The notes beneath the pieces are model-generated. The model was not told the origin of the DNA. It searched no databases and worked only from the letters and a program-made list of their open reading frames with translations. The translations under genes and the position numbers were made by a program. From a virus: DNA of 64,000 nucleotides. Positions 1-8,521 of this stretch are shown here, piece by piece (positions within the stretch are counted from its first letter, which is position 1; each line of letters opens with the position of its first letter). The stretch covers positions 120,535-184,534 of IMG/VR virus record IMGVR_UViG_3300042691_053485; one strand, written 5' to 3'.

Positions 1-224
1 TCTTTTGTAATATCTCTATTGTCTATCAATCCACCATTTTGGATATAGTGATACAACTCTATTATGTATTCATTATTATCATAGCCTATTCTTTTACCAT
101 CAACTTTGTCAATAGTGTTTGCACCCCCAACAAAAGGTTCAACCCAAGTTTCTTCAGTCCTACCGTTTAACATTATAGGTAATATATATTTTGCTATTCT
201 GTTTTTACTTCCTGTATATTTCAT
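1..224 (-). CDS. Dam-like (D12 class) N6-adenine DNA methyltransferase, 3' end runs off the window
   Basis: Not in the ORF track. Manual translation from ATG 224 gives MKYTGSKNRIAKYILPIMLNGRTEETWVEPFVGGANTIDKV, with KYxGSK and EPFVGG motifs. Confidence 0.85.
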   Translation of the reverse strand, partial: MKYTGSKNRIAKYILPIMLNGRTEETWVEPFVGGANTIDKVDGKRIGYDNNEYIIELYHYIQNGGLIDNRDITK

Positions 225-289
225 ACTAAAACTTTTTAAATTTTCTATTCGTTTTCAAATCAAAATCCTGCTAAATAAACCGCACCAGC

Positions 290-345
290 AGGTAACACGT
301 GCTATACGGCATTAAAACGACCGCATAGCACCATACGTTATATGT
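290..345. repeat. attC-like imperfect palindrome (TAAC...GTTA ends, 11-bp inner stem)
   Basis: GTGCTATACGG (299-309) pairs with CCGCATAGCAC (321-331). TAAC at 293-296 and GTTA at 337-340. A second, partial copy ends in GTTATAGG at 384-391. Confidence 0.5.
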
Positions 346-396
346 AAGTGTTCCATAGTTTGAACTGCGTTTATCTGCGAACCGTTATAGGTAATG

Positions 397-663
397 CTAA
401 CTTTTATTTAAGTTGAGCCAAAGCGCGATAAATGTTTCGCGTTCCATTTGACACACTTCATTACCATCAATATGTTTTCGATTTTCGAATATTTCCATCA
501 CTCCGCCCCCAGTAAAATACACCGAATATCGTTTCCAAGCACTATCGCCGTGAATTTTTCCAACTCTTTCAACCTTTCGTAAATCAATTATGTCCCCACA
601 AATGTTCACAATTGGGTTTGATTTGTTCACTTCCTCAATGTTTTTTAATTTTTCAGCTTCCAT
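397..663 (-). CDS. hypothetical protein
   Basis: 88-aa ORF, co-oriented with its neighbours. Confidence 0.7.
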   Translation of the reverse strand: MEAEKLKNIEEVNKSNPIVNICGDIIDLRKVERVGKIHGDSAWKRYSVYFTGGGVMEIFENRKHIDGNEVCQMERETFIALWLNLNKS

Positions 664-680
664 ATTTTTTCAATATTTTT

Positions 681-1497
681 TCATTTGAATTTATTCTCAA
701 ACTCCTTCTGCTCAGCTAACAATACCTTGTGTAACTTTAGAAGTTCATCAAACAATAAATTTGATATCTCTTGTTTTTATAAATTGAATCCGTCGACATC
801 AAAATTAATAAAGTATTTCTCACAACCATCCTCAGCCACTTCTTTTGTTAGAACAATGGGCTTAGAGTAGTTTTTTTTATCTGATAAAAAGTAACCTCGC
901 TCATATTTATAAATTGTTTTGTCATCATGTGAATAATAACAGTCCTCAATAATAACAGTCCTCAATAATAATAGATTCTGATTGGAATACTGTTCTGCCT
1001 TCCTTCCCAATAATAAATGGATAATCAAAATTTAAATCTTCAAAAGACCCAACTATCTCCCTGACGTATATTTTTTCCTGTCCATTATTAATAATCCAAT
1101 ATGGACAAACCATAACTTGATATTTTGCAGTTATGATTTCTTTATACAACTCAAGTTGTTGTGTATTTAGTTTGACGTAAGGGTTAAACGTTTTTCGAGT
1201 TCGACTATCCCAATAAAGTCTGTTATCTTTTATTTCTTGAGATTGATAAACTTCAATACAACCGCTTTTATCGTACCAATGGTCTCCATATTTTCGGTCT
1301 CTGTATTCAATGACTGGAAGCCCTGACAACTTGAAATTGTCGTCAAGTCTTAAAATTTCAACTATTTGAGCTTCACTCAATGTATTTTTATAAAATGCTA
1401 ACTCCACAATAATATGCTTAAAACTTATTAAAAAATCTTCCCATGTTTTCATGAGCTGTCCAGCATTCTTCACAAACTCCATATAATGTTGAGCCAC
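681..1497 (-). pseudogene. disrupted hypothetical gene (16-bp tandem duplication frameshift plus premature TAA)
   Basis: ORFs 946..1497 and 777..1028 both contain IIEDCYY. AATAATAACAGTCCTC is duplicated at 932-947 and 948-963. The frame continues 31 codons past the TAA at 777-779 to TGA at 681-683. Confidence 0.75.
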
Positions 1498-1642
1498 CCC
1501 AAGGCGTTTTAATAGTGCTTGTCTTAAATCGGAGATGATTCAAAACCTTTTTACCGCAATTGGGACAATTCTTGCAACAATTATGCTCTTCTATAGTAGA
1601 TTTGAGACCTAATAGATGTCTTAGATAATTAATTTCACACAT
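1418..1642 (-). CDS. small Cys-rich (CPNC...CEEC) zinc-ribbon-like hypothetical protein
   Basis: 74-aa ORF with two CxxC pairs. Confidence 0.5.
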   Translation of the reverse strand: MCEINYLRHLLGLKSTIEEHNCCKNCPNCGKKVLNHLRFKTSTIKTPWGGSTLYGVCEECWTAHENMGRFFNKF

Positions 1643-1647
1643 AGCTA

Positions 1648-1980
1648 TTAAAAGTTATAGAATTTATTGTTGTCCCATTTAAGAGACTTTGACATATTTA
1701 CCAATATTTCAATATTATCTTGTAGTTCTGATAAGGCTGCTAATTCCTCATTACATTCTTCAAAATGTTCAGTATACTCCCCATCGAATTCCTCATCATA
1801 CTTATTGAGTAAACTTTCAAGATAGTCATTAATTAATGTCTTATACTTTTCGATAACTTCTTCAATTTTGAAGTTGTCAAGAGTTGCTTCTAACAATTTA
1901 ACTTGTTCGTCTGACAAATTCATTTTCTCAAAAAGTTCATCAAACAACATATTCCTTGTAGTAATTATTAGATTTTTCAT
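1648..1980 (-). CDS. acidic hypothetical protein
   Basis: 110-aa ORF. Confidence 0.7.
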   Translation of the reverse strand: MKNLIITTRNMLFDELFEKMNLSDEQVKLLEATLDNFKIEEVIEKYKTLINDYLESLLNKYDEEFDGEYTEHFEECNEELAALSELQDNIEILVNMSKSLKWDNNKFYNF

Positions 1981-2083
1981 ATCGCTTATTTTAAGTGATT
2001 AAATACAAGCTGAATCAATTAGATTAACAATCAACTTATATATCAATTTGAAGTAAACAAATTATATTAAAGGAAAGTTCAAA

Positions 2084-2092
2084 ATATTTATA
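2084..2092 (+). promoter_or_regulatory. putative late promoter motif ATATTTATA
   Basis: 7 nt upstream of the gp25-like start; the motif recurs before many genes. Confidence 0.55.
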
Positions 2093-2099
2093 GGAAAAT

Positions 2100-2474
2100 A
2101 TGAAATTCAAGGGTATAAAATTTCCATACGAATCGGACTTATCAGGAAAGTTTTTAAAACTAAACTCAATTGACAAGGATGAAGTTAAAAGTAAAATTTC
2201 ATTTCTGATGACCACTGAAAGGGGAGAAAGATTGTATAAGCCGGATTTTGGGGTAAATATTCGGCAATTTTTGTTTGATGTGATTGACGATGAAACAATA
2301 AATGCAGTTAAAACAGAAATTACGAATGCAATTACCAAGTATATAAATGGAGTTAAGATTGAATCTGTTAAAGTTAATGTTGATGAACAATCCCACTTTT
2401 TAGGATTGTATGTTTCATATTCAATCAGCGATGGATTTTTTAAAGAAACCGATGAAATTTCACTTCTCTTTTGA
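2100..2474 (+). CDS. baseplate wedge protein, GPW/gp25 family
   Basis: LMTTERGERLYKPDFGVNIRQFLFD motif typical of gp25; 124 aa. Confidence 0.9.
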   Translation: MKFKGIKFPYESDLSGKFLKLNSIDKDEVKSKISFLMTTERGERLYKPDFGVNIRQFLFDVIDDETINAVKTEITNAITKYINGVKIESVKVNVDEQSHFLGLYVSYSISDGFFKETDEISLLF

Positions 2475-3176
2475 GTAATAGAATTTTGCGGGGCGGCTTT
2501 GGATATATTCCTTTGATTTCACATCCATCAACGTTAATTTCCCATCGTTTTTAATCCCTGTATCTAAATTAATTAGATTTGCTCTAAAGACAGGTTTATG
2601 AGTATTTGTCGTTGAGTGCCCTATAAATATCTCCTTTATTTTATGGTCTTCATTTTTAAAGGTGACATTAACTTTACGCTTTTGCTCCTCTAGCGTTTTT
2701 GAGGTTTGAAACAGTTTTCGATTGCTTGCAAACCTCTTGTTATTTTGCATATCTATTGGGCGGTCAGGATTAAATCCGCCGTGCATAAAAATTTTATCCT
2801 CCTCAACATGGTAATATTTTGCCTTTGAAAAGTAGGATTCTAGTTTTGCTGCTAATTCTGAAGATTTTTTAATTTTTTCTATTGTACCCTTCCCCCCAAA
2901 CTTCTCCCAGTTTTTATTTATTTTATTTGTTTTTAGGTATTCGATGATAAAAAAGTCGTGGTTACCAATTATTGGTACAAAGTTTTGAATTGAAAGGAAG
3001 AAATCAACACATAAGTCAAAGTCATCCCATCCATCCGCCAAATCTCCAAGGAAGATTAATTTATCTTCAAATGGGTTGAAGTTAACTCTTGTGATTAATT
3101 CTGCTAGAGGCGTAAATGCTCCGTGTAAATCCCCTAATACAAATGTCCTTGGTCTTCTACAACTTTTCTTAGCCAC
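2460..3176 (-). CDS. calcineurin-like metallophosphoesterase (Ser/Thr phosphatase / NinI-like)
   Basis: GDLHG, LGDLADG, GNHD, HGG, GHS and DTG motifs. Confidence 0.9.
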   Translation of the reverse strand: MAKKSCRRPRTFVLGDLHGAFTPLAELITRVNFNPFEDKLIFLGDLADGWDDFDLCVDFFLSIQNFVPIIGNHDFFIIEYLKTNKINKNWEKFGGKGTIEKIKKSSELAAKLESYFSKAKYYHVEEDKIFMHGGFNPDRPIDMQNNKRFASNRKLFQTSKTLEEQKRKVNVTFKNEDHKIKEIFIGHSTTNTHKPVFRANLINLDTGIKNDGKLTLMDVKSKEYIQSRPAKFYYSKEK

Positions 3177-3185
3177 ATCTTTTTA

Positions 3186-3217
3186 TATAAATAGTTAGCC
3201 ACAAAGATATATTTATA
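3186..3217. promoter_or_regulatory. divergent pair of TATTTATA motifs
   Basis: TATTTATA on the minus strand (3186-3193) precedes the phosphoesterase. ATATTTATA on the plus strand (3209-3217) precedes ORF 3229. Confidence 0.55.
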
Positions 3218-3228
3218 TAAAAAAAACA

Positions 3229-3441
3229 ATGAAATGTAACCCAAATAAAAAGGATAGATGTTTCCCATCCTCAAAAATGCTATTTAAAGCAGAAGAGTAT
3301 AAGGATGGAGATGTAAATACAATTCTGACCGCTTTTTCAAATAGATTTGGACAAGCAGAACCTTCGGGGCTATTTTGGCTAACCCCTGAAGGTAACTACT
3401 GGTCTCTTCCAAATAACGAACCTTGGCTTATTGAGCCATAA
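3229..3441 (+). CDS. hypothetical protein
   Basis: 70 aa, preceded by ATATTTATA. Confidence 0.6.
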   Translation: MKCNPNKKDRCFPSSKMLFKAEEYKDGDVNTILTAFSNRFGQAEPSGLFWLTPEGNYWSLPNNEPWLIEP

Positions 3442-6400
3442 TGCCGTCTAGCGACATTGTTGCATGATAGTTTAAGTCAGAAAATATCTCCGTAGCATAT
3501 TTTTCATAGATTTCACTATCCGTTAAATCATCATCATGCTTTTCAAGTAGATTAATTCTACGTAAGGGAGTTATTGTAATTTCTGATAACTCTTCCGGGG
3601 ATAGAGCTGTAATTGAATAAGTGTTTGTTTTTTTACCCTTTACACTCTTTGCCCCAACTCTCACAAAAGTGAAGTAATCGTGAATCAACCGCATTGCATT
3701 CCTTGTTGAAAGTGGATAGGATGACAAAATTGGGAGCTTCGAGCGGATTTTATTAATCTTCTTCGCAAGTTCCTCATTTGTTACTGCACGTTTCGATTCA
3801 AGCATTTCTGCACCCCACTTCATTATGTGATTGGTAAATGTTGATATCTCATTGACAATTTTTATACCTGCCATTCGATAATGGATGCTATCGCCCTCAA
3901 GTCGCTCTTCCAAGTCAAAATATTCCTTTAATACGCCTATCGGATTTTCAGTTTCCCCGGTAATTGATGAAACTCTTGATGAAAGTTCCTTTGGAGAAAG
4001 ATAAATGTTAGTTTCGGCTTTTACTTCTTGTTTTCTAAGCTCTTTATACCAATCAAACATCTTTTTAGCAAACTTACTTGAACTATCTTTATTCTTTTTG
4101 TTTACCCCTAGTGCAAGCGAGACTTGAACGGTAATTTGCCTTGCAATTTTAGTCCAAATTCTATCAGATAGTTTGTGATTTGAAACCCAGTCGCGCATCA
4201 AAGTGAGTGCATCTTCAAAAGACATACTATTTACAAGATACTTAACCTTTGCCCGAAGAGTAACTTGTAATTGCGGCTTTTCTAAAGATTCGACCTCTTT
4301 AAGGTTTGAATCCTCGACTTTACTCACACAAGTGTCTTCACCCTCAACTTCAATATCATCCAATATAGACAAGGCAAAAGCAATATTTTGCTCTTTCCGC
4401 TCAGCTTTAGACGTATCAAGGTAAGACTTGTCGTCAACATCTAACTTTTCAGCAATAACGATTTCATCTTTAAAAACCCAATTATACTCATTCAAAAGAA
4501 TCTTCATAAATTCAAGATTCTTTGCAGCATAATTTTTTTCCTCTTGATATGCCATATTTGCAATTGAAAGATAATCTACCTCCCAAATACCATTATTATT
4601 GCGGTATAATGCACTTTTACCGAAAATCTGCTGAGAGAACATTTTCATTGATGATTTCAGGCTTATACTATCACCGGATGTATAAGCTCTTGAGAACAAT
4701 TCCAAACCCTCTTTTGCAGTTTTTATAAGCTTCTTTTGAATTTCAATAACATCAACATGGTCAGTATCAACTTCTTCAGGCTTATCAATTGGCTTGTAGA
4801 TGTAAATCATACTTTCCACCTTGTTCCCCTTTGTATAAACATCACGAAGTCGGTTCACAAATTGTTCCATATTAATTGCACTTTCGGGGGTAAGGAAGTG
4901 AACAGTTTTAAAGTCGCTGTTGTAGATGTTTACCCCCTCAACAACAACAGAAGTGCAGATTACAATATCATAAGAATCTTGAACAAGTTCATTTTCGATG
5001 AGATAATTGAAACCTTCACTTTCTTTTTGGTCTGCATTAAGTAACAAAATACGCTCCTTATTCCAACCTTTTAACTCTAAAAAGTCGATAAGCGAACCTA
5101 ATTGACCATCCTCTTTTTTATTTTGCAGGTAAATCATGTTCTTACCATTCCTTGACAGTAACTGCTCTACTGCTACAAAAAGATTGTCATATCGTATAGG
5201 TGTGCAAATCTTTTCCGGAGTTTGCTTCCAATTAGTCCTCACAATCTCAAAATTTGAAAGTGCCGGGTGTAAAACAGGAAACATTGTCCCGGTTAAAAAA
5301 TTAACGGTTTTAAAAAGGTGGATATTATCTAATATGTAATTCAGTTCAAATCCACGGAACTCAGGGTTTGAGCTTACGGCAAGATTATGTTCCTCGTCAA
5401 AGAAAAGGTCATAATCTTCGATTTTTACATTTTCCCACTTCTTCATTATTTTTAAGAGATTAGGAAAACTACTATATGTACAAACAATCAGGTCATCCCC
5501 TTCTTGAACATTCTTTTTGTCCCGATAAAAAACTGATGCTTTGTATCCGATTTGAATACCCTTCAACAATGGAATAATTGGGACTAAAATAATGCTTCTC
5601 GAACCTTGCTGAGGTTCACAAATCCAAGTAGTTTTCCCTTGACCTGTGTTACCCCAAACAATTTGATTGTTTGCTCGCTCAAGCCCAATTTGATTGATAT
5701 ATTGCCCACGTTCCAAGAAATATTCCTTCTTAATGTTATATCGTTCGCGTATTTTTTCAGGGGTTAAAATCTTTACAATTCTTACGCCAAACCGCCAAGC
5801 ATCTAATGTGTACACGTATTTGGCTATATCATCAAGATATTCATAGAACATATCTTCAACCCCTTGTCGCTGTTTATAAGCTACGGTATTTGAGAATTCG
5901 AAGTATTGGTCGAACTCATCTTTCAAAGACTTTAAAAACTCACATGAAGCCTCCTTTATAATCCCAAGATGTTTAGAGTTTCTTAGGATGTAGATTAAAG
6001 TTTCAATAAAGTTTGCTTGGCTTAGTCCACCAAATATACTTTGGCTATTCGAGATAATCTCTGCCATGGTCTCATTCATTTTTCCAACAAAGGAGTCCAC
6101 TCTTATCAATTTATAAGAGTTTTCAATTGCCCAAGATTCGAAACTCGACAATCTGTTTTTTACTCCCGTTTCTGTTATAGCCCTTAAAATTCCAAAGTGA
6201 TAGTAGGTATCTCCATAAATCTCTTTAGCAATTTTGTAAACTTCTTTGGAAGTTTCTTGACCTTTCGAAAGAAAATCTAAAAGCTCATTTCGCAAAATAC
6301 CTGCCTCTTTGGCTTTTATTGCAATCTTCTTCACTTTGTCTTGCTCACTGATGTTTGGATAGCCAAATATATCTGCATACAATATTGAAAGGTACATTTT

Positions 6401-7465
6401 TACATTTCCGGAGAATTTTCTACCTACGGAATAAATTGTATAGTCACCAAAAGAGTTGTCGATATTTTGACACCCGAATTGCTCACCGTAATAGCTCTCA
6501 ACAACATCAATGATTTCATGCTGAACAATATCAACGGTCTTGTGAGTGAAGATTGGATATGACGCATCCTTTCCAATAAGATATTCTAATCCATATTGGA
6601 GATTTATTCCCATTTTGTTGCAAAATGTGAAGAAGTTAAAAAAGAATTTATAACCTAATCCACCAAACCCATACTTTCCATCACGCCAAGATGAATCATT
6701 TCGATAAAATGATTCAAAGAAGTAGTCAAGTAAATCGGCGGCTATTTCAGTAGGAATAGCATCACTTTTAACCGAAGTAGTTTGAACTTCTTTATATTCT
6801 GAAGCTTCAATGGGGCTGACATCTTTATCATCACGAATAAAAATATCGGGGTCTGACGGTAAAACATTACATCTTGTAATATCTTTCGTTTGAGGGTCAA
6901 TAGTTATACCCCAATCTTTAAACATCAGATTAATTTTCTCCCAAGTTGCCTTGAAATTTTCCAGCGTCAAGTTATTTACCTTGACTAAAAAACCAAGACC
7001 ATCACCACCAAAGGAGTCCCAAACTGCTTTTACAAACGGTAAACTTTTGCCACTTAGGATTTTTTTCACATAGAGCTTAGCACTTGTTATATCGGAAGCC
7101 TTCCCCCTCTCAATCAGAGAGGAAAATGTATCTACGTCAAAATAGATATATCCCGATGGAAACTGGACTTTTTTCAGCTCTCGTTTTTCTTCAACAAAGC
7201 AATTCCATGTTACAACCCGGCATTGTGTGCTTTTGACGTGGTTATATTCATTTCTTTCAACAAATTCAAAAGCATTATGCCTCCAAACCCTGTCTTTGTG
7301 GACAAGGTTGGAGTTTTGTTTTCCCCCGAGTTTGGGGTCTGACTTAGCAAACTGTATTTTTTTTTCTTGGGGATTGTTTTGGATGTATTGTAATGCCTCC
7401 TCAATAGTGAAACTTCCGGATGGCTTAGACGACCTGTCTAGGGATGAAAAGTGGCTTATACGCAT
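3428..7465 (-). CDS. primase-helicase fusion: BT4734/VirE_N-like N-terminal domain plus SF2 helicase
   Basis: N-terminal YIYFDVD, WDSFGGDGLG and KDITRCNVLPSDPDIFI. Walker A GNTGQGKTT, Walker B FFDEEH and VICTSVVVEGVNI (motif V). 1345 aa. Confidence 0.75.
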   Translation of the reverse strand: MRISHFSSLDRSSKPSGSFTIEEALQYIQNNPQEKKIQFAKSDPKLGGKQNSNLVHKDRVWRHNAFEFVERNEYNHVKSTQCRVVTWNCFVEEKRELKKVQFPSGYIYFDVDTFSSLIERGKASDITSAKLYVKKILSGKSLPFVKAVWDSFGGDGLGFLVKVNNLTLENFKATWEKINLMFKDWGITIDPQTKDITRCNVLPSDPDIFIRDDKDVSPIEASEYKEVQTTSVKSDAIPTEIAADLLDYFFESFYRNDSSWRDGKYGFGGLGYKFFFNFFTFCNKMGINLQYGLEYLIGKDASYPIFTHKTVDIVQHEIIDVVESYYGEQFGCQNIDNSFGDYTIYSVGRKFSGNVKMYLSILYADIFGYPNISEQDKVKKIAIKAKEAGILRNELLDFLSKGQETSKEVYKIAKEIYGDTYYHFGILRAITETGVKNRLSSFESWAIENSYKLIRVDSFVGKMNETMAEIISNSQSIFGGLSQANFIETLIYILRNSKHLGIIKEASCEFLKSLKDEFDQYFEFSNTVAYKQRQGVEDMFYEYLDDIAKYVYTLDAWRFGVRIVKILTPEKIRERYNIKKEYFLERGQYINQIGLERANNQIVWGNTGQGKTTWICEPQQGSRSIILVPIIPLLKGIQIGYKASVFYRDKKNVQEGDDLIVCTYSSFPNLLKIMKKWENVKIEDYDLFFDEEHNLAVSSNPEFRGFELNYILDNIHLFKTVNFLTGTMFPVLHPALSNFEIVRTNWKQTPEKICTPIRYDNLFVAVEQLLSRNGKNMIYLQNKKEDGQLGSLIDFLELKGWNKERILLLNADQKESEGFNYLIENELVQDSYDIVICTSVVVEGVNIYNSDFKTVHFLTPESAINMEQFVNRLRDVYTKGNKVESMIYIYKPIDKPEEVDTDHVDVIEIQKKLIKTAKEGLELFSRAYTSGDSISLKSSMKMFSQQIFGKSALYRNNNGIWEVDYLSIANMAYQEEKNYAAKNLEFMKILLNEYNWVFKDEIVIAEKLDVDDKSYLDTSKAERKEQNIAFALSILDDIEVEGEDTCVSKVEDSNLKEVESLEKPQLQVTLRAKVKYLVNSMSFEDALTLMRDWVSNHKLSDRIWTKIARQITVQVSLALGVNKKNKDSSSKFAKKMFDWYKELRKQEVKAETNIYLSPKELSSRVSSITGETENPIGVLKEYFDLEERLEGDSIHYRMAGIKIVNEISTFTNHIMKWGAEMLESKRAVTNEELAKKINKIRSKLPILSSYPLSTRNAMRLIHDYFTFVRVGAKSVKGKKTNTYSITALSPEELSEITITPLRRINLLEKHDDDLTDSEIYEKYATEIFSDLNYHATMSLDGIMAQ

Positions 7466-7525
7466 GAATCTGCAATGGATTTACAGTTATAAATAAGCCT
7501 ATAACAATCAAAAATCAAAAAAAGT

Positions 7526-7948
7526 TTACTTTATGAAAACAATTTTATCAACCCTCATAAATTCCTTGAGTTGGTCGATTGTATTTTTAGTTCCTGATTT
7601 TTTTAACATAAATGTGTTGAGTTTGTTAGTCCTCACCACAGCCCAAAGTTCATCTCCTGTTGAATCAACACCTGACTCGTCAGGAACGCGATAGTAAACA
7701 TGACTACCTTGGTCATGTGCATATTTATGTCCCTTGTCAACCACAAAGCGATGAATCAAAACGCCGTATGAGAGTGATGGGGTGAAATGCTTATTTTTTA
7801 TATATTGAACCTTATCCATTATTTCAGCATATTCATCAGGGCTTAACTCAAGCTTGTCAAGCCGACTTTTTAATCGTTCATTGAAATGTTGTGTTGGATA
7901 TGCTTCATCGACAAGATGTTTAAATTCTTCAGAGATAAGGATTCTCAT
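7526..7948 (-). CDS. hypothetical protein with ISE leader (putative virion-internal)
   Basis: Likely start is ATG 7948 (MRILISEEFKHLVDE), with ATATTTATA on the minus strand at 7961-7969. Confidence 0.7.
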   Translation of the reverse strand: MRILISEEFKHLVDEAYPTQHFNERLKSRLDKLELSPDEYAEIMDKVQYIKNKHFTPSLSYGVLIHRFVVDKGHKYAHDQGSHVYYRVPDESGVDSTGDELWAVVRTNKLNTFMLKKSGTKNTIDQLKEFMRVDKIVFIK

Positions 7949-7977
7949 ATTTATTTTTAATATAAATATTTGGAAAT

Positions 7978-8010
7978 AAAAAAAGCCGGGCATGTCCCGG
8001 CTTTTTTTTT
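7978..8010. terminator. bidirectional intrinsic terminator
   Basis: AAAAGCCGGG-catgt-CCCGGCTTTTTTTTT. Confidence 0.85.
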
Positions 8011-8037
8011 CACTTGATTAATAATTACAATATTTCG

Positions 8038-8110
8038 TATAAGTGACAGGACTCGAACCTGCGACCACTGGCTCCCAAAACCAGAGTTCTACCAACTGAA
8101 CTACACCTAT
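8038..8110 (-). tRNA. tRNA-Pro (TGG), CCA not encoded
   Basis: Acceptor ATAGGTG/CACTTAT, anticodon arm CTGGT-TTTGGGA-GCCAG, T loop GTTCGAGTC. Confidence 0.92.
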
Positions 8111-8119
8111 ATATAAGTA

Positions 8120-8244
8120 CCGTTCTCAAAAACTTGTACAAATTTGTACATGGGTAGTTTTTGTTCCTAATTCATCGACAGGCTGTGCACTGAAAAGTGT
8201 CGAACTCCCATCTCCAAAGGCTGTCACGGTGGAACTCACCGCCA
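8120..8244 (-). ncRNA. orphan TnpB omegaRNA scaffold / IS607-type right end
   Basis: 125-nt ungapped match (108/125 identical by manual alignment) to 50748-50872 at the 3' end of tnpB; ends in TTTTTGAGAACGG; no tnpB adjacent. Confidence 0.85.
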
Positions 8245-8436
8245 TTTTGCATTTGTACAACATTGTTAGATTTTATTTTGACGCTTGACTTTGGTTTTCA
8301 GTACTTTGTCAGAAAATTTGTCGTTTGTTGCACTAATATTCAGGCTTTACTTCAAAAAGCCTACAATATATATCTACTAACACAGATTTGTTTGAGAAAG
8401 TTCCATAATAGATAGAAATTTTTCAACAGTTGTACC
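8120..8436 (-). mobile_element. putative non-autonomous IS607-like derivative inserted at a GG in the tRNA-Leu 3' end
   Basis: Both inferred junctions read GG|TAC (8435-8436 and 8120-8121). The right end is the omegaRNA copy. There is a weak degenerate tnpB-5'-like trace (GTAGGCTTT...GAAGTAAAG) near 8340-8365. Confidence 0.5.
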
Positions 8437-8512
8437 CCCGAAGCGACTCGAACGCTCAATGGAACCGGTTCTAAGCCGGGTGGCTGTGCCAATTTGCCTC
8501 ATCCACAGGGGC
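8433..8512 (-). tRNA. tRNA-Leu (TAG), atypical cloverleaf
   Basis: Acceptor GCCCCTG/CGGGGGT, anticodon loop CTTAGAA, T arm GAGCG-TTCGAGT-CGCTT. Has a 7-nt acceptor-D linker and only a 6-nt variable region. Confidence 0.75.
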
Positions 8513-8521
8513 ATTTGTAAA

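Noticed and set aside
106-315. 69-aa plus-strand ORF
   Set aside because: It is antisense to the Dam-like methylase gene and the hairpin.
8197-8415. 72-aa ORF on the plus strand
   Set aside because: It is antisense to the omegaRNA/element remnant and has no protein-like features.
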